From Phoronis australis (taxonomy: Eukaryota; Animalia; Phoronida), in the NCBI GenBank assembly GCA_002633005.1, contig NMRA01000125.1, positions 199,624 to 254,583 on the forward strand: a DNA stretch of 54,960 nucleotides. Direction: 5' to 3'. Of the stretch, positions 37,709 to 51,182 are shown piece after piece. Every line of letters begins with the position of its first letter. The stretch's first letter is position 1. The translations under genes and the position numbers were made by a program. The notes beneath the pieces were generated by a model. It was not told the DNA's origin. It saw nothing but the letters and a program-made list of their open reading frames with translations, and made no database searches.

Positions 37709-38954
37709 TCCGACCAACTCGTTTTCGAGCTTCACAGCATTTCAGATAAATACAACAGGATACAACTTGTGGACGCACACTCTTTCATCAGAACCAGAAC
37801 GGTTCTTTGTTTTGATTGCCACAACAGCGTTTTACCTAAAAATTATATATTGACTTTGGAAGGACCAGATGGTGCAAAACAGCCGCGGGGACTCAAGTTT
37901 TGAATTTCAGCTCTTTCCAACAACGAAATTCAGGAAATAAAAAAACCGGAAAAGCAAATCTTTATGGCTGTGACAAGACACAATTAATTTTTACGAATGG
38001 CCGCAACAATTACAATTGTTGCCTGTCGGGCTCAGTAATATATATAACATGGTATACACCTTTATTTTCAAATATAAAATATTTTACCTGTATTTTACAC
38101 TGGAGAATAAAGGTACTTTGTATACCATATTTCATTGTAAATTGACTTGGTATTTTGTTACAAATGAGTGGAAATTTTTTCAAATTATCAACAATAAAAT
38201 TCATTACTTGAACATTATTTTGTTTTTCTTTAGCTGATGGGGTGTCACCCAGTTTGTCTTTAGTGCCAGACTAAGTGAAATGAGGTGCCTTGTGACCCTA
38301 AGCAATGAGCTGCCTTAGTGTGTGGGTACTCTGAAAGGAACAGGGCAAATGTGTCTGCAAAGCAAAGCTCCTGGTTTCCATGGTGAACCACAGGCACAAC
38401 TTAAAGGCGCATTATCAGTTTACATCCAAAAACGGATTTTAGGGATTACTGTTAGAGGGGACAGACTTACTGAAGTTATTTAGCTTTGAGGAACTGCACA
38501 ATTTCACTGTAACTTTTGATTTTAACAGAGGGCACAAATAGAGTGGAATGACTCAAAACGGACAAAGAATCAATGTTTAAAGGGGCGCCCTCTGTTGAAA
38601 ACCAACTTTTGACGAGTTAGTACTAAAAACATTGGTCTTATCTTGTTTTACTTACTAACTTTTACTAAGATTAGAAATTATTCCTGAGTTTGGGAAGAAC
38701 TGACACTCATTAAATTGCTTCAGCACCTAAATTTGTTTGCCATAGACGGTTACGTTCACTTGCCAACATAAATAAAAAGTACAGTATAGCCAACAGGGGA
38801 ATTCCAGGAGATTTACTGTAGCACGGGATGATGTCACTATGGAAGGGCACACAAGTAAATCTGTAAAGAAAGTTGTTGTCTTTGACACCAATACATGGTT
38901 GATGGTGACCACCATGTTTATTACTCATTTGGTAAGAAAACACATAAATGCAAA

Positions 38955-41900
38955 CTATTTTCGTCCTTTAGATTTGACAGGTGTTGGCTGTGTAAACACC
39001 ACCGGACACTTTAGGCCAATGTACGCTTTGGAACCAAGTGCAGCTGAGGTCTTGGCCACATGACAACCCAGACACCTGACTAATGACATCAACCTGAAAT
39101 TGAAGAAACCAGCATAAGGTTACAAAGTAACATGACCACATCAGCAGAACATCCAGCAATTAACAGGGTTATTAAATATGCCATGTAACCATGCTGAACT
39201 TCCAGAAATCACTTCTAATATGCGTAATGAACAAGTTGCGACCAGTTATGTAAAAACAACTGATCTAAATGATATATCATTTAAGGTTACGTAGGACCCA
39301 AATTTGGCAAACTTCCAAACATCATATCTCAGAAATGGCTGATTGGATTCACATGAAACTCTGAGATACTATTCTTTATGCAATGTTCTACAACACATTA
39401 ATTTCAGAAAGAACTAAAATCTGCAGTGTTCTGGATAATTGCCAAAATAAATAAAATTGTTGCTAAGATTCTACAAATTTTAAAGTGTAAGCTAGAAATG
39501 AGAAAACAGGAATCCCTTGTCTACCACACTGTGGCTTAAATTAGTGAGATTTTACCAAAATAGCATGAAAAGAGAAAGGTAGAGTTTGCGGACAATTGTG
39601 TTAATGCTTTGCGCTATATGTAGGAAGTTTCTGCCAGTACACAAAATCTACGACAGTCGTACACCGCAAATTTCAGGGGGTGACAATGTATTTCTGCGAA
39701 AACAAAATGGCATTAAACCCTTAGCACTACACAATCACACAATGAAGTAGTGATTAAAAGATTTTTTTTTCCGGATAAAAACCTATTGTATGAATACAAC
39801 AGTGGGATATTTCTTAAGCATAAGTGAAAATAGCTTAAAACCAAATTGCAACATCAGTTAGGATTTCAGTTGTTTCAGTTACACGATTTTTCAATAAAAG
39901 CAATGTTCAAAAGCAGATGTCCTTACTTGTTTTGTCCCAGCTTCAGACTGTCCTGTACCTCAGCCACTGAGAGTTCAAACTCGTCAATAATCATCATCAG
40001 CACAATAATGTGCACGGCCAGCTTATCCTTCATTCTGGGTGGCATGCTCCTGACGACAGAAAAAACACATAATGATTACTGAACCTAAGTAGCGACTGAA
40101 ACACTTTCATGGCAATTTTGTTGCACGAGAATTTTCATTTATTTTTAATGGCCTTAATAGATACACAGCCTAATTACATCTGGTGTCAATTCCTGTAAAA
40201 GATGACCTAAGCTCATCGTAGAGAGGAAAGTGCAAAAGGTCAATATTAGAGGCTTCATATTCAAATCACATAACGAGAAAACATACAGAGTAACAAAACT
40301 TGTCTGAAGTAAAATTTGCCAAACACCTCAACTTGCGTTTCACCTCTGTTTAGCTGTCAAGGTTGAATTCTTAACTAAAGTGCTATAACTTTATCAGTTT
40401 TTAGAAAATAATAAGGTAAGGACAAAACACCCCCCAGTTAGACACTACCTTCCATACTACACGTATTAGGTAAAGAACTGTTAAAGCTACACTTTGCCAT
40501 GTTATAAGTGGCTAAAAACTGAACATCGAAAAAACAGGTATTTTACTTTCACAAATCGGTCTCACAATTTTCTTTCCTCTCATAGTGTGATTACTATCGT
40601 CAGTAAGGATCACAGAATAAGTTGGATCAGTCCACAAGAGGGCAAATGCTGCTCTCTCCAAGATAAAGTAGTCTGCTAAATTTCATGAAGATTCTACACC
40701 AGCACATATAAACAAGGACGTTGCAACTAGTGTGCAAGATCACATGTATCGTGCATTGAGAATAATACAGAGCCCATCTGTTTTTTAAATTAATTCCTTT
40801 TACAGTCCGCTCAGGTGTGCCCATTGCAATTAACATCTGGGATCATTTTTATACCTTATTGATATGTAATGAATACTGGAGGAGCTAGAGACCGGACTCA
40901 AGGGTCCAGCAGACTGCCCGAGTGGAACTCGAATCCACAACCTAGAGTAACGGAAGTGGACAGTTATCCCATTAGGCCACATGGCTTACTCTACTACTAG
41001 TCAATGCATATGACCACCATCAACTCCCAACTTTATCTACCTAGTGACTCCTTTGGCTAGCTGCATCTTTTGCGAGAACGTGTCCAATAACTTCCTCTTC
41101 ACGTTGTCTGGTATATCGATGGTAAATGACTCTACAACAGAACACAGCAATGTTATCTATGTGACTGTGTTATCAAATCACTGGACTGTGAAATTAGATG
41201 GGATTACTGCTGGACTAATGTGGAAGCGACATCGGAACTCGTACGCTGAGCAAACGTGTAGACATTAACGTTGCAATGACGTCAGTTAAAATTACGACCA
41301 TGAATCATCATCTGTTTGGTGTCAATGCAAGCAGACTGACAAACCTTTGCGGCGCAAGTCTGCACTTCGGAAGTGATACATTTCAATCATATAAGATAGG
41401 TACAGAAGACATTTCACCCTGTGCAGTCTATACTTCTCCTGCACTGGAAGCCTCTTCATGCGGCTTAGGATATAGCTGAAAAGAAACATCACATAAATCT
41501 CAGTGAACAATCCAGTAATTCCATCTGATGTTTGGAAAATGGGACTTGGCTATCTCCAGCCAAATTGCTTTCAAAGAATAAACTGACCAGGTTGTCAACT
41601 GTAACTTTTTAAAGTTCAGTTGCCAGCAACGATTTGTCAGTCTGTCCCAAGCGCAGAAATTATATCTAATTTGTGTTGGAAAAGGTTGAGAGCAGTGAGC
41701 AATAACAGTTCAAACAGAAAACAATATTTTTGAGAATAAAAATCAACAAATTTGGGTGTACTAAGATTCTAAAGGAAAACAATGTCATTTAGTATTGAAA
41801 AAACAATAAAACGTTTATTCCCACCATCTGAATCACCAACCATTACCATTTTCCAACACACGTGGCCAGGCTCCAAAACAAATACTTACTTTACTTTTGT

Positions 41901-44900
41901 AATAGTGTCAATGCTGGTTTTATCTTTTGCCGCTTCACGAGCCAAAGCGTCTAAAGAGCCCATTTCATCTGAAGAGATAACTGGCAGCTGTCAAGGAAAC
42001 CTCAAGCAGAGAGAGAATATCACAGACAGCATTAAACCCTGGACCAACAAAACACAGTCAGCTCAGCAAACAAGTGTTACCTACGGAATAAACCTCAACT
42101 AAATTTGGAAAAAATGTCAATGGAATTTCAAACAATATTCAGGGGGTGGAATTAATAAAAGAAAATATATTGGACAGTCTGCTAAATCCAGTGGTGGCAC
42201 TGAAAAATTTTGTGCTACACCAGTAAAATTTCTATGCTTTGCATAATCATATCATTTTAGCAGCAATGACTAGGGAGCAAGATTCAGTTGCCAGAAAAAT
42301 GTTCATGTGTAATACATTGATAATTTTTGTTTACTTCCTGCACAGCAAGTTTCGCGCTGAAAGAACTTGCGATGGCTTGGATGCCTACTTTCCTAAAGAA
42401 CAAACACACACTAGGTTCATACAGGATTTGACTCTTGGGTACTCAGTTTGATCCCGTCGTTGTATTTACAGGGTTCAGACACTGAATAAGGTGTACAGAA
42501 TTGGAATTAAAAGGTACAGTAATGTATTGTAGATTCTACCCCCTCAAAATTGGTGGCAAAATTTGTGTGGCAGCTTATTTTTAACACCAGGTTTGAACTT
42601 TAGGGATTGCTGACAAAATAATAATAGACATGAGGTAGGGTATCTTGAAATTTGGACGTTTTATCCAGAATGTATGCCTGGTCAAGAACGAATCTGCATA
42701 TTTTTAACAAAAAAAGATACTGCTGTCAAGTTTGTATGCCTCCTGTGGACAAGTAGCGTCAGTGTAACACTGTGGTATGATGGATGATTCCCCACTTGGT
42801 TTCACATCTACAATGAAGAAAAACAAAACATTAAGAACTGCAATTTTACAAAAAAAACCTTTAATACTGTTTCCTGAGTTTCTAAGCAAAACATATAAAG
42901 GCAATGCACACATGGTATTGAGGCAGTTAAAATTACTTAAAAACTAAATAAAGCAGGGTTGATGGTACATGTAAAAACACCCAATACCATGACGTTCACA
43001 AAGACATCGCTATGACAACTTGAGATTTAAACCTGTTAGATGTCTTTAACTGAAAGCCACTAAATTCTACAAAACCATGGCAATAGGTATGCCACAACCC
43101 TCCCACTCCCCACCTTCCCTTACCCTCATCTCTATGACTCAGTCACTCACCTAGCTGGGGTGTGTCTTTAGTGTACTCTAGCGCGTGCTCCACTGCCGTG
43201 GCAACCGCCTTGCCAAGAGCCTCACCCTCAATGGCATTGTTAAGACGCGAAGTCACCGAATTTTTCTTTTTTGAGCTACCAAAAGCCATGGTCAGCATGT
43301 CACTCTAAAAAACAAAAAAGTGAAGCCTATGCAACTTTTGGACTATCTTCTCTGAGTACCAGTCTGTCACATTTCATCTTGAACTACTCTAAAGCCAGTC
43401 AAAATGTGACTACAAACATTAAAAGTTGCAGCCTTGTTCTCACATGAATCGTGTTTTCACGGACGAGTCATGCACTGACCGTTTTATAGAAAGATTTACA
43501 GACATAACCTGTGCGCATTGTGGGAAATCATTCGTAGGAGATAAAACATCAACGTTTCCAGTCACGAAGTGGCAAGAAGGAAACATATCTCATAAATCCC
43601 TAGTATGAAATATGCATGCATCTGTTTTTGTTTATCAATAAAAATATGTACATGCAACCATGGCAAACAAGCAATGAATTAGACAGTGGTTTACCTTTTG
43701 CCTAAAGGTCATGTCTGTGACATCTAAGTCTTCAACAGACACACCTGCAAACATAAAAGAAGATTACTGATATTTTTCAGTTAAAACAGTCCTGTTCTTT
43801 TCCAAACCGTCATGAAGCTAGCATGAAAAATTATATTAATATTCAAATATCATTGCTTATCAACGATCTACATCACATTCTATAATAAACCAAAATTGAC
43901 CACGTAGCATATTGAGTTCTGTCGTCAGCAACAATGAACTTTTAGTTCATCCCAAACTGCATAAGTCAAGGTAGACATTATAAGTGTTATGCCGATAAAA
44001 GACCTAATTCAAGAGACAGCGAGCGCTTTTGACATCGAAAGTTGCCAACAAGGCACCAGGACCTCAAAGTTGTTTACAATGATCCAAAACAAGAACTGTT
44101 TGTAAACAATACGGTAAAATCTCGCCAATTTAGGATACAACATGGCTGACAGCTGAAACTTTATTTCTTATTTTTTAAATAAAATACATAGCACCTAATC
44201 AATGCTTAACAATGTTCACGTTTTATATGATATTAACCATCACACAACATTTTGAAAACCTCTGGGCATTCACAACAACGTAAGAAGACCTTGAAAAAAT
44301 GAGAAAAGGGCAATTATGGTGAATATCATTTTTGTGCAAAATTAGTGACATTTTACCCTACTCACTAGCAATGTTAACAAACCAATGAAGCAGACAGATG
44401 AGACTGATTACTTACTGGTTTTTGGCTTCAAATGAAACAAGGAGGCATTGTGTAGCGTAACTTCGTTCGTTTTCTTATCCCTTACACCAATCAGATACCT
44501 ACAACGAGAAGAACATGAAAAAACACAATAGATGAAAACCTACCCATAGTTCTGCAGCCAAGAAAATGTACCAAAAACTTGCACCTAGTCGCCAGTTTCA
44601 GAACTAGTCTCTTGCCATTGTACACTCTTGGTACATAAAACGACAACATGCAAAATTAACTGAGAGGTGAATTCAATTCACTGTATCCTCCATTGCAGAA
44701 ATACAAAACACAATATGACATAAAAGTAGCAACAAGAATACAACTCTTTCTTTCATAAATATCTGTTGACTTGTATACATTTCACAATGTGAGGTCAGTG
44801 GATATCACGAGAGTAACTGCATGTAAAAGGAGCCACAAACCTACCTCCTGTCAAGAGAATAACTTTTGATTCATGCTATGCTCGACACAAGAACAACTAA

Positions 44901-47846
44901 TCGCGTGAAAATGACTTGTGCCTGATCTCGAAAAATCACTGGATTGTTCTGAAACCCCCTCGACCCCCCACACCCCTCAACCCACAACCCCCTCAACCCA
45001 TGACCCACAACCCCCTCGACCCACGACCCCCTTGACCCACAACCCCTTTGACTCACGACCTGTGGCAATAGGGGTTACTGCATCTGTGCGCTTTTTACAT
45101 ATTTCATAATCTTATTACATCACTGGGTGACTTTCCCATAAGACATACCTACACGCGAGTCTGCTCTGGCTGAAGTCTGGTGAGTACAGAAAGTGGCATG
45201 AGAACGCCGGTGGTCTTGAGTAGCCCTTTGTGAGCGTGCTATCGTTGATGGAAATAGTTACATGAGCAGCTATCAATGGCCCAGTTCTAATAAACTCAGG
45301 GAGACAGTACGTGAATGTACATAATCTCATATTTTTATTGTTTGCTTTATATTGTATACTTGTTCACAATATACTCCATATAACATTGAAATCTTTTTAG
45401 TTAACAGTTTGTTTTTCCAACTGTATTTACTGATGAAATTACAGTTTTGTTGGTTCCTCGCACTCTGCAATTCACTGAAGTCAGTGAAGAGCAGGTGAGA
45501 CGATTACACTCTGCTGGGACCAACATTTGTAAGGTTGGTAGGTCTTTGATTTGATCACGTTTTTTTGTTTTGTTTTTGGCTTTCAAACTTGCCGAATCCA
45601 TTGCCTTAATTGCAAAAAATAGGGAAAAGCCAGCTGGACTCATGGCCCAACTCATTGGTCCTATAAGTCAGCGCTTGTTCTATGTTGAGATCGAGTCGAG
45701 TTTGTGTATATAGACTGGGTGGAGGGGGTTGTGGGTGGAGGAGGTTGTGGGGAGTGAGGGTCGAGGGGGTCTCAGAACAATCCAGAATCACCAGCTGTCA
45801 GGTCTTCTTATGCCCAGTACTCAATAAGGAAACAGGGGGACCAGTTTTGTAACACTAAATGTTCCGACTAGTAAATAAAATATTATCGTTTGGCAGGTTT
45901 AATTACATACGTTGAGAACTGAAGTGTGGGAAGGAAGCAAATTGGGTTTCAGCCTGTGTCTCTGCACTAGCTCAACTAAATCCACAAAACAATGGTTAAT
46001 GTTTCCCAGAAGCTTTGCAAGAGAAATAAACATGTATGTGTAACACAGGACTCATTCTTCACCAACAATCAAAAGATACTGAAACAGAAGAAACATACTT
46101 GCAAAACTTGCGTGCTGGAACACTATCTGGACAAAAAGTCAGGTTTGCAGATTCAGCAACCTGAAAAAATGTAGAAATATGTAATTATGCAAAATCTGTG
46201 GACACTTCATATCAAATATCAGTAAAAAGAAAGTTTAGCTTTAGTTATTGTTGTTGACACTGACTGTAGTATTGTAGATTTGACCAACTCTCATGTACCT
46301 TTTTATGTTAGAGAATTGTGGAATATACATCTTTCTCGTCATCTGTTGGCTACAAATAGTTGTACATTCTATGGTTTCATTGGTGGCTTTCATTCTGCTA
46401 GGCTGACTGCTGTTCCATAATCCATTCCAGACCCCCCACAAATTTCTAACCGTAAAAAGGTCAGTTGGTAGGTTACCGCAGATTTCCATCTACCTGAAAT
46501 GATGTTGCGTCCACAAAAGTCCCCAGGGGACTCTTTCAAAAACGTGGGGCTATATTGCTTATCACAACACCTTCATTCAGAATTGTGCTTCAAAATTGCT
46601 ACACTTTGCTAGAACATTCAACTCAGTGATGTGGCCTCATAGGCAGTGATTTATTTCATAATATAGTTTAACTTTGATCTACTTGAAATACCAGGCAGTT
46701 TGGCTACTATAAGAGTAGTTCAGCCATGTTTCTGCTGACAAGTCATCGATGTCATTTTCGGACCAAACTGAGAAAACAATGGCATACTACAACATTTTCC
46801 ATACCTTTGTCCATGCCGAAAAAGCAAAACAATCCAAAAGAAGCTTTGTGTTGGTGAGGGCTCCTTCAGACATACCCAGTAGTCGGAGTTTTGCCTGCAC
46901 CAACCAAATGGGCGATCCAATGAGAATGTTTTTTTCTCATCAAGACAATTCAAATGGAAGGAAAGAACTGCAGTATCTACGAAAACATACTGCACATCAT
47001 AAAGCACCGTGTTGATGAAAAAGAAGTTCTCAATGAGAATGCTTTCATGATTTGTGAGCAGAGAAGACGTCCGGCTAATTTGACTTGGAAGCCTTTTGAA
47101 CAACAATACGAAAATTAGATGATGATTCTCAAATTATTACATATGCTGTCCATTGCCAAGATTCATACATTCCGCCAATTATTTACTAAGACTCCTCTGC
47201 TGCTTGAACCCATTTCATTTAAAAAGGAAAAGCAAGAATAATCTCATACACAAAAATTTACATTTACGCTGATTTCAAAGTCACTTGAAAGAGAAATAGG
47301 CCTTGCCAATACTTGAAAAAATGAGAGAGACTGAAATATGCAACAAGTAGTTTTTCTTGGCATTTTAACACGTTAAAATACTTTAAAAGAGCTGTTTTTT
47401 GTTCCAAGACAGTCAAACAGTGAAATTACAGCCTTCTTCATTTCATGAAGATTCTCACGAAAGACACTGATTTACATCTTGAAATTGTAATATTTTAAAG
47501 CACACACTAAATTGAGATAACGCTGTCAATAGATTGAAATGTCTAAGAATTAATTAGATGCAGCTATTCATAGTATAATCAACTTTCATGAGAAACAAGT
47601 CAATTATGTGAGATTGGAAATTTAATTACTATGTAGCTGCCTTCCAGATAAATAATATAACAAAATATCAAAAACGTTCACACCCAAGTGTTGGCACAAT
47701 TCGAAAGACATTAAAACTAAATATTCCAAGAATAATTAAACTTACTGGTAACACTCGTTTACGGGGACCACTCTTGTAGCAACCAAACTTAATGGTTGAA
47801 TCACTCCCCTCTTTTGGACGTCGCAGATTGCCATTTGAAAAATCAA
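38955..47846 (-). CDS. POLR1E: DNA-directed RNA polymerase I subunit RPA49/PAF53 (5' end unresolved)
   Basis: Phase-consistent exons: 47846-47746, 46160-46099, 44498-44416, 43744-43695, 43304-43151, 42807-42721, 41980-41890, 41475-41345, 41131-41041, 40049-39927, 39093-38955 (TAG). About 369 aa plus the N-terminus. Matches to recalled RPA49 motifs: DFSNGNL, YLIGVRDKKT..LFHLKP, AFGSSKKK, IPQCYTDATCPQEAYKL and MKDKLAVHIIVLMMIIDEF. Confidence 0.9.
40760..40986 (-). mobile_element. tRNA(Arg-like)-derived SINE or tRNA pseudogene in POLR1E intron
   Basis: Minus strand 40986-40916 has an A box TGGCCTAATGG and a B-box-like GATTCGAGTTCC, but the anticodon and acceptor stems do not pair properly. A non-tRNA body follows; the 3' boundary is approximate. 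Confidence 0.65.
44939..45785. mobile_element. TIR element with C-rich subterminal tandem repeats
   Basis: CTGGATTGTTCTGAAACCCCCTCGACCC (44939) is inverted at 45758-45785 with one mismatch. An internal ~15-bp CCCCTCGACCCACGA-type array lies at 44955-45060. Confidence 0.7.
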
Positions 47847-48702
47847 CTGAAAAGATGCAGTGAATACATCGCTTAAAACACATTTGCTTTAAAACCAATG
47901 GTATTGTTGCTGTGCTTGAACGTGGAATTCCAATGCATCTCAAGATCACCTATTCATGAACCTGGATGTAACTTTGATAGCTCAGCCAGAGTTAATTGTA
48001 ATTTGCAGACAATCTTCCAGTATACAGGCTTCATTAGGCTGTAGTCGGAAAGCTCAGCAGTGAAGCTGCAACCAAATTGGACAGACATTGCCGGCGCCAG
48101 TCAAAAATCACGGGTGTAGATTAGCCTACAAGTACCCCTATGGGTTGTGGTCGCTCTAACAACTGAAGGATAAATAAGGAATTTTGTTGCAAGTCCAAAC
48201 ATTGTAGGCCTACTTTGACCAGAACCTACTTAACTGCAAGAGAATTAGTAGGACAGTTGATATACACAAACTCCCATTCTAGGTGGGTCAAGAAAAAAGC
48301 AAATTTATCTACTGAATTTAGCTTAAGATTTAGAAATACGTACATCATCAAAGAGAACACGAAATTGTCTACAGAACTAGTATACTTTAGATTTGTCAGA
48401 TTTTACCACTCACTAGCACCATGCAGTCTCAAACCAATGCTACTCACATGTGCTGTCTTTTCTTGCAATTTTTGCAAGGCATGTTAGTCTGTAAACCAAC
48501 CCTATTTGAAAGTCCGCGCAGTGAAAGTATACTATCAAGTTATACACACATCACACTGGAACCGCACGTCAAACATTAACCCACAAGCATCAAAATTGCG
48601 ATTGTTTGAAAAGATTTATTTTAAAAATAATATAGAGAATATAACTGCATAGAAATCAAGCACTTTGAAAGAAATTAATCACTTGAAGATTCGACTTTTT
48701 AC

Positions 48703-48790
48703 TTTTCAGCTTGTCATTCCGCCATGTGAATTTTTAAATCTACCAGTGAACTCATGGACTAAAGCATTCACTATGCTCATTGGTTGGCAT
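48703..48790 (-). promoter_or_regulatory. Probable POLR1E promoter and first exon
   Basis: CCAAT on the minus strand at 48783-48779, YY1-like ACATGGCGG at 48727-48719 and a donor at 48702. A second small exon candidate lies at 48488-48448 (ag...gtgagt). Confidence 0.5.
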
Positions 48791-48858
48791 TCGGGTCACT
48801 ACATGAGGTCCTAAGGTCAAAAACTGAGATTACAAGATGATTTGATTTGCTGTTGTTA

Positions 48859-49423
48859 GGGCTGTTCCAGCAAAATCTGTGTGGGAGGGAGGGGGAAGGC
48901 AACTGAAATAAAAATTTATGGGTGGTTGCGTTTGATTTAAATTCAAAATGGCTGGTGGTCGTACTTCAAAAAAATTAAAATTTACAGGTCGTTGTTGTTT
49001 CATTGGGCCATAAATGTTTGATGGTGCATAATTTTAGTAAATTTTATAAACAATTCGCACAGAATCAAAAACTGAAACAAAAATGCAACTTGCAAAAAGC
49101 TCCGACTTTTTCACTCCCTCCGATCTCCTCATTGGCATGCCCATAACACCATTTAACCACAGGTGCTCGAATTTCTCGACGGCTAATAACCATATATGAG
49201 AAACATTATGTTTTCTTAGTAATGAATGACGTGATGGAGGAACAGATAAACTCAAGCGCCTGTGCAGTCAACCACAAGAACAAAAAAAATTACGGGTGGT
49301 TGCATTTCAAACTTATAAAAAATTAAGGGTGAAAGGCTGAAGAAATAAATGAAAAATATGGGTGGTGGGTGCAAAAAAAAGGTGCCTTCCCCCCCTCCCA
49401 TACAGATTTTGCTGGAACAGCCC
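48859..49423. mobile_element. PIF/Harbinger (Tourist-like) MITE
   Basis: TIRs of ~40 bp, GGGCTGTTCCAGCAAAATCTGT(G/A)TGGGAGGG..GGAAGGCA, flanked by a TTA target duplication (48856-48858, 49424-49426). Confidence 0.88.
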
Positions 49424-49434
49424 TTAGAGGAAGG

Positions 49435-51160
49435 TAGCTGAACTAGAGACAGTGAAGCTCCTATAGGTGCTTCATATGAGGGAGGCTTTTCGGCAAATTA
49501 TGTTTCACACTGATTAAAAAAACAAAGTCACGTTGTTACAAGCACCTTTTGCGCATAGAGGGAAACCTTAGGAGGACGTTGACGTCTTTAGTTCCTTCCA
49601 ACTCCAACAAATACTCCCATAACCAAACTTTTACTTCGAGCAGTCCTTTGTTCAGTTGACCAAATCAGCAACTGGCCATTTTTAACACTGCACGTGCCAG
49701 GTAGTAGGACGGCTTATCTCCTGGCGTGCACAGGGCCCTCACTCACCAGAGGAGAAAGGTGCCTGTACCTTGTAAAAGGGAATTTTCTCAACGTATTTTA
49801 CTTTAAGAGAGCAATTTTCGCATCGTTTTTTACTTAGATGGGATTTTTTGTGAGGTTTATTTACTGTACGTTTTTTATGACAATAGTTTTCATGCTTTCA
49901 TAAATAAGCAAGAATCAAATTTAAATTAAACAATAAAAAGTAAGCCACTTTTACATCCAACATTTATTTGAAAAAGAGCGAGTGAACCCGGCCACTTGTC
50001 ATACAGCTGAGTCATCAGTATGGCTATGCCTTCAGTGTCCACATGCAATGTATTATGGTTAGGACACTGCTTGGCTTATGAAGGCAATACCAAGACAATG
50101 GTACATTTTCACACAAGCACAGAACAATGGAGTTGTTCGTAAATATCCACCAGGGTAAATAACTTTCAAAACCGTCTGCTAAATATGCCACAGTGACTAA
50201 TAACACCTTAAAAACATAGTTAAGCAATGTTTGTAAGGAACAGAACAACCACCTTGTACCACAGAACCCATACTTGCTAGCACAATAATGAAGGGTTTCC
50301 GCTAAACAATCTTTTTAATCTATCACAACAGTGTGTAATGTTACATTTCCTTAAATTTACCATTCAGTCCTTCTTTGACCTCAGTGAAGAGACAAGAAGA
50401 GCAATGCTCACCTGTTCTCTAAAGGTGTAGCAGAGAGTGACAGTGTTGTTGGCCACAGTGTCAGTGAATAATTCTACTGAGCTAGCTGTTCAAACGTGGT
50501 CTGCTTGACACTGCTTCTGAGAGGAGTGCACAACAAGTTTATCCATGAAAACACACTTTCTTGCATGTTTCTATACTCTGCGTGTGACTTTTTTGTAATT
50601 CTTCTCTTGTAGAACTTGTTTGTTTTCAGTTTTCAGCTGCAGACGAACGGAAGGTGTTTTTTACTTTTGTGTTTTCAATACGCGAGATCGAAACAATGCA
50701 AAACTGGTTCAAGCCCTCAAGTGGCACTTTCTTAATAGGGAAACCAGTTTGGGACGTTTCCATCTAGTCTGGCGACTTCGAAATCAAAGTGAGTGGGTTT
50801 GAATACGATAATTTTAACATTGTCTGAGGTTAAAAATACGAGGGGAATTTTTAATGGTTCAGAGGGGAATGTTTTGACCTCATGAGGGAAATTTTCGTCC
50901 GCTGATATTCGGCCCCAATTTCAAGGGATTGAGGGCCCTCCTGGTGCGCAGTGTTAGAAATAGCCAGTTCCTGATTTGGGCAACTGAATGTGCTCGAAGA
51001 AAAAGTTTATGTCAATTTTTGTTTGAGTTGGAAGGAATTAAAGACATCAATGGACTGTTAAGGTATCTCTCTATGTGCAAAAGGTACTTATAAAAATGTG
51101 ACTTTGATTTTTTAACCAGTGTGAGGCGTAATTCGGCAAAAAGCTTCCGGCGCATGAAGC
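49435..51160. mobile_element. Family A foldback element interrupted by a nested insertion
   Basis: Left arm ~49435-49730 (+) and right arm ~50941-51160 (-), matching the intact copy at 52173-52749. Confidence 0.75.
49731..50940. mobile_element. Nested hAT-like non-autonomous element
   Basis: Termini CAGGGCCCTCA / TGAGGGCCCTC, subterminal AGGGAATTTT-type repeats at both ends, and imperfect flanking duplication (GGCGTGCA / GGTGCGCA). Confidence 0.6.
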
Positions 51161-51182
51161 AGCAAAATTTTTCCAACACGCG

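Noticed and set aside
38885-38930. SECIS element in the POLR1E 3' UTR
   Set aside because: A small hairpin follows an ATGA, but the 3' GA quartet partner and the apical AA spacing are missing.
40916-40986. Functional tRNA-Arg gene
   Set aside because: A and B boxes are present, but the anticodon and acceptor stems cannot pair, so it was treated as a SINE head or pseudogene.
45911-45975. Exon-like segment in a POLR1E intron (ELVQRHRLKPNLLP.., donor gtatgt)
   Set aside because: Wrong phase: inclusion gives an immediate stop, and the flanking exons join correctly without it. It could be a poison exon, but there is no support.
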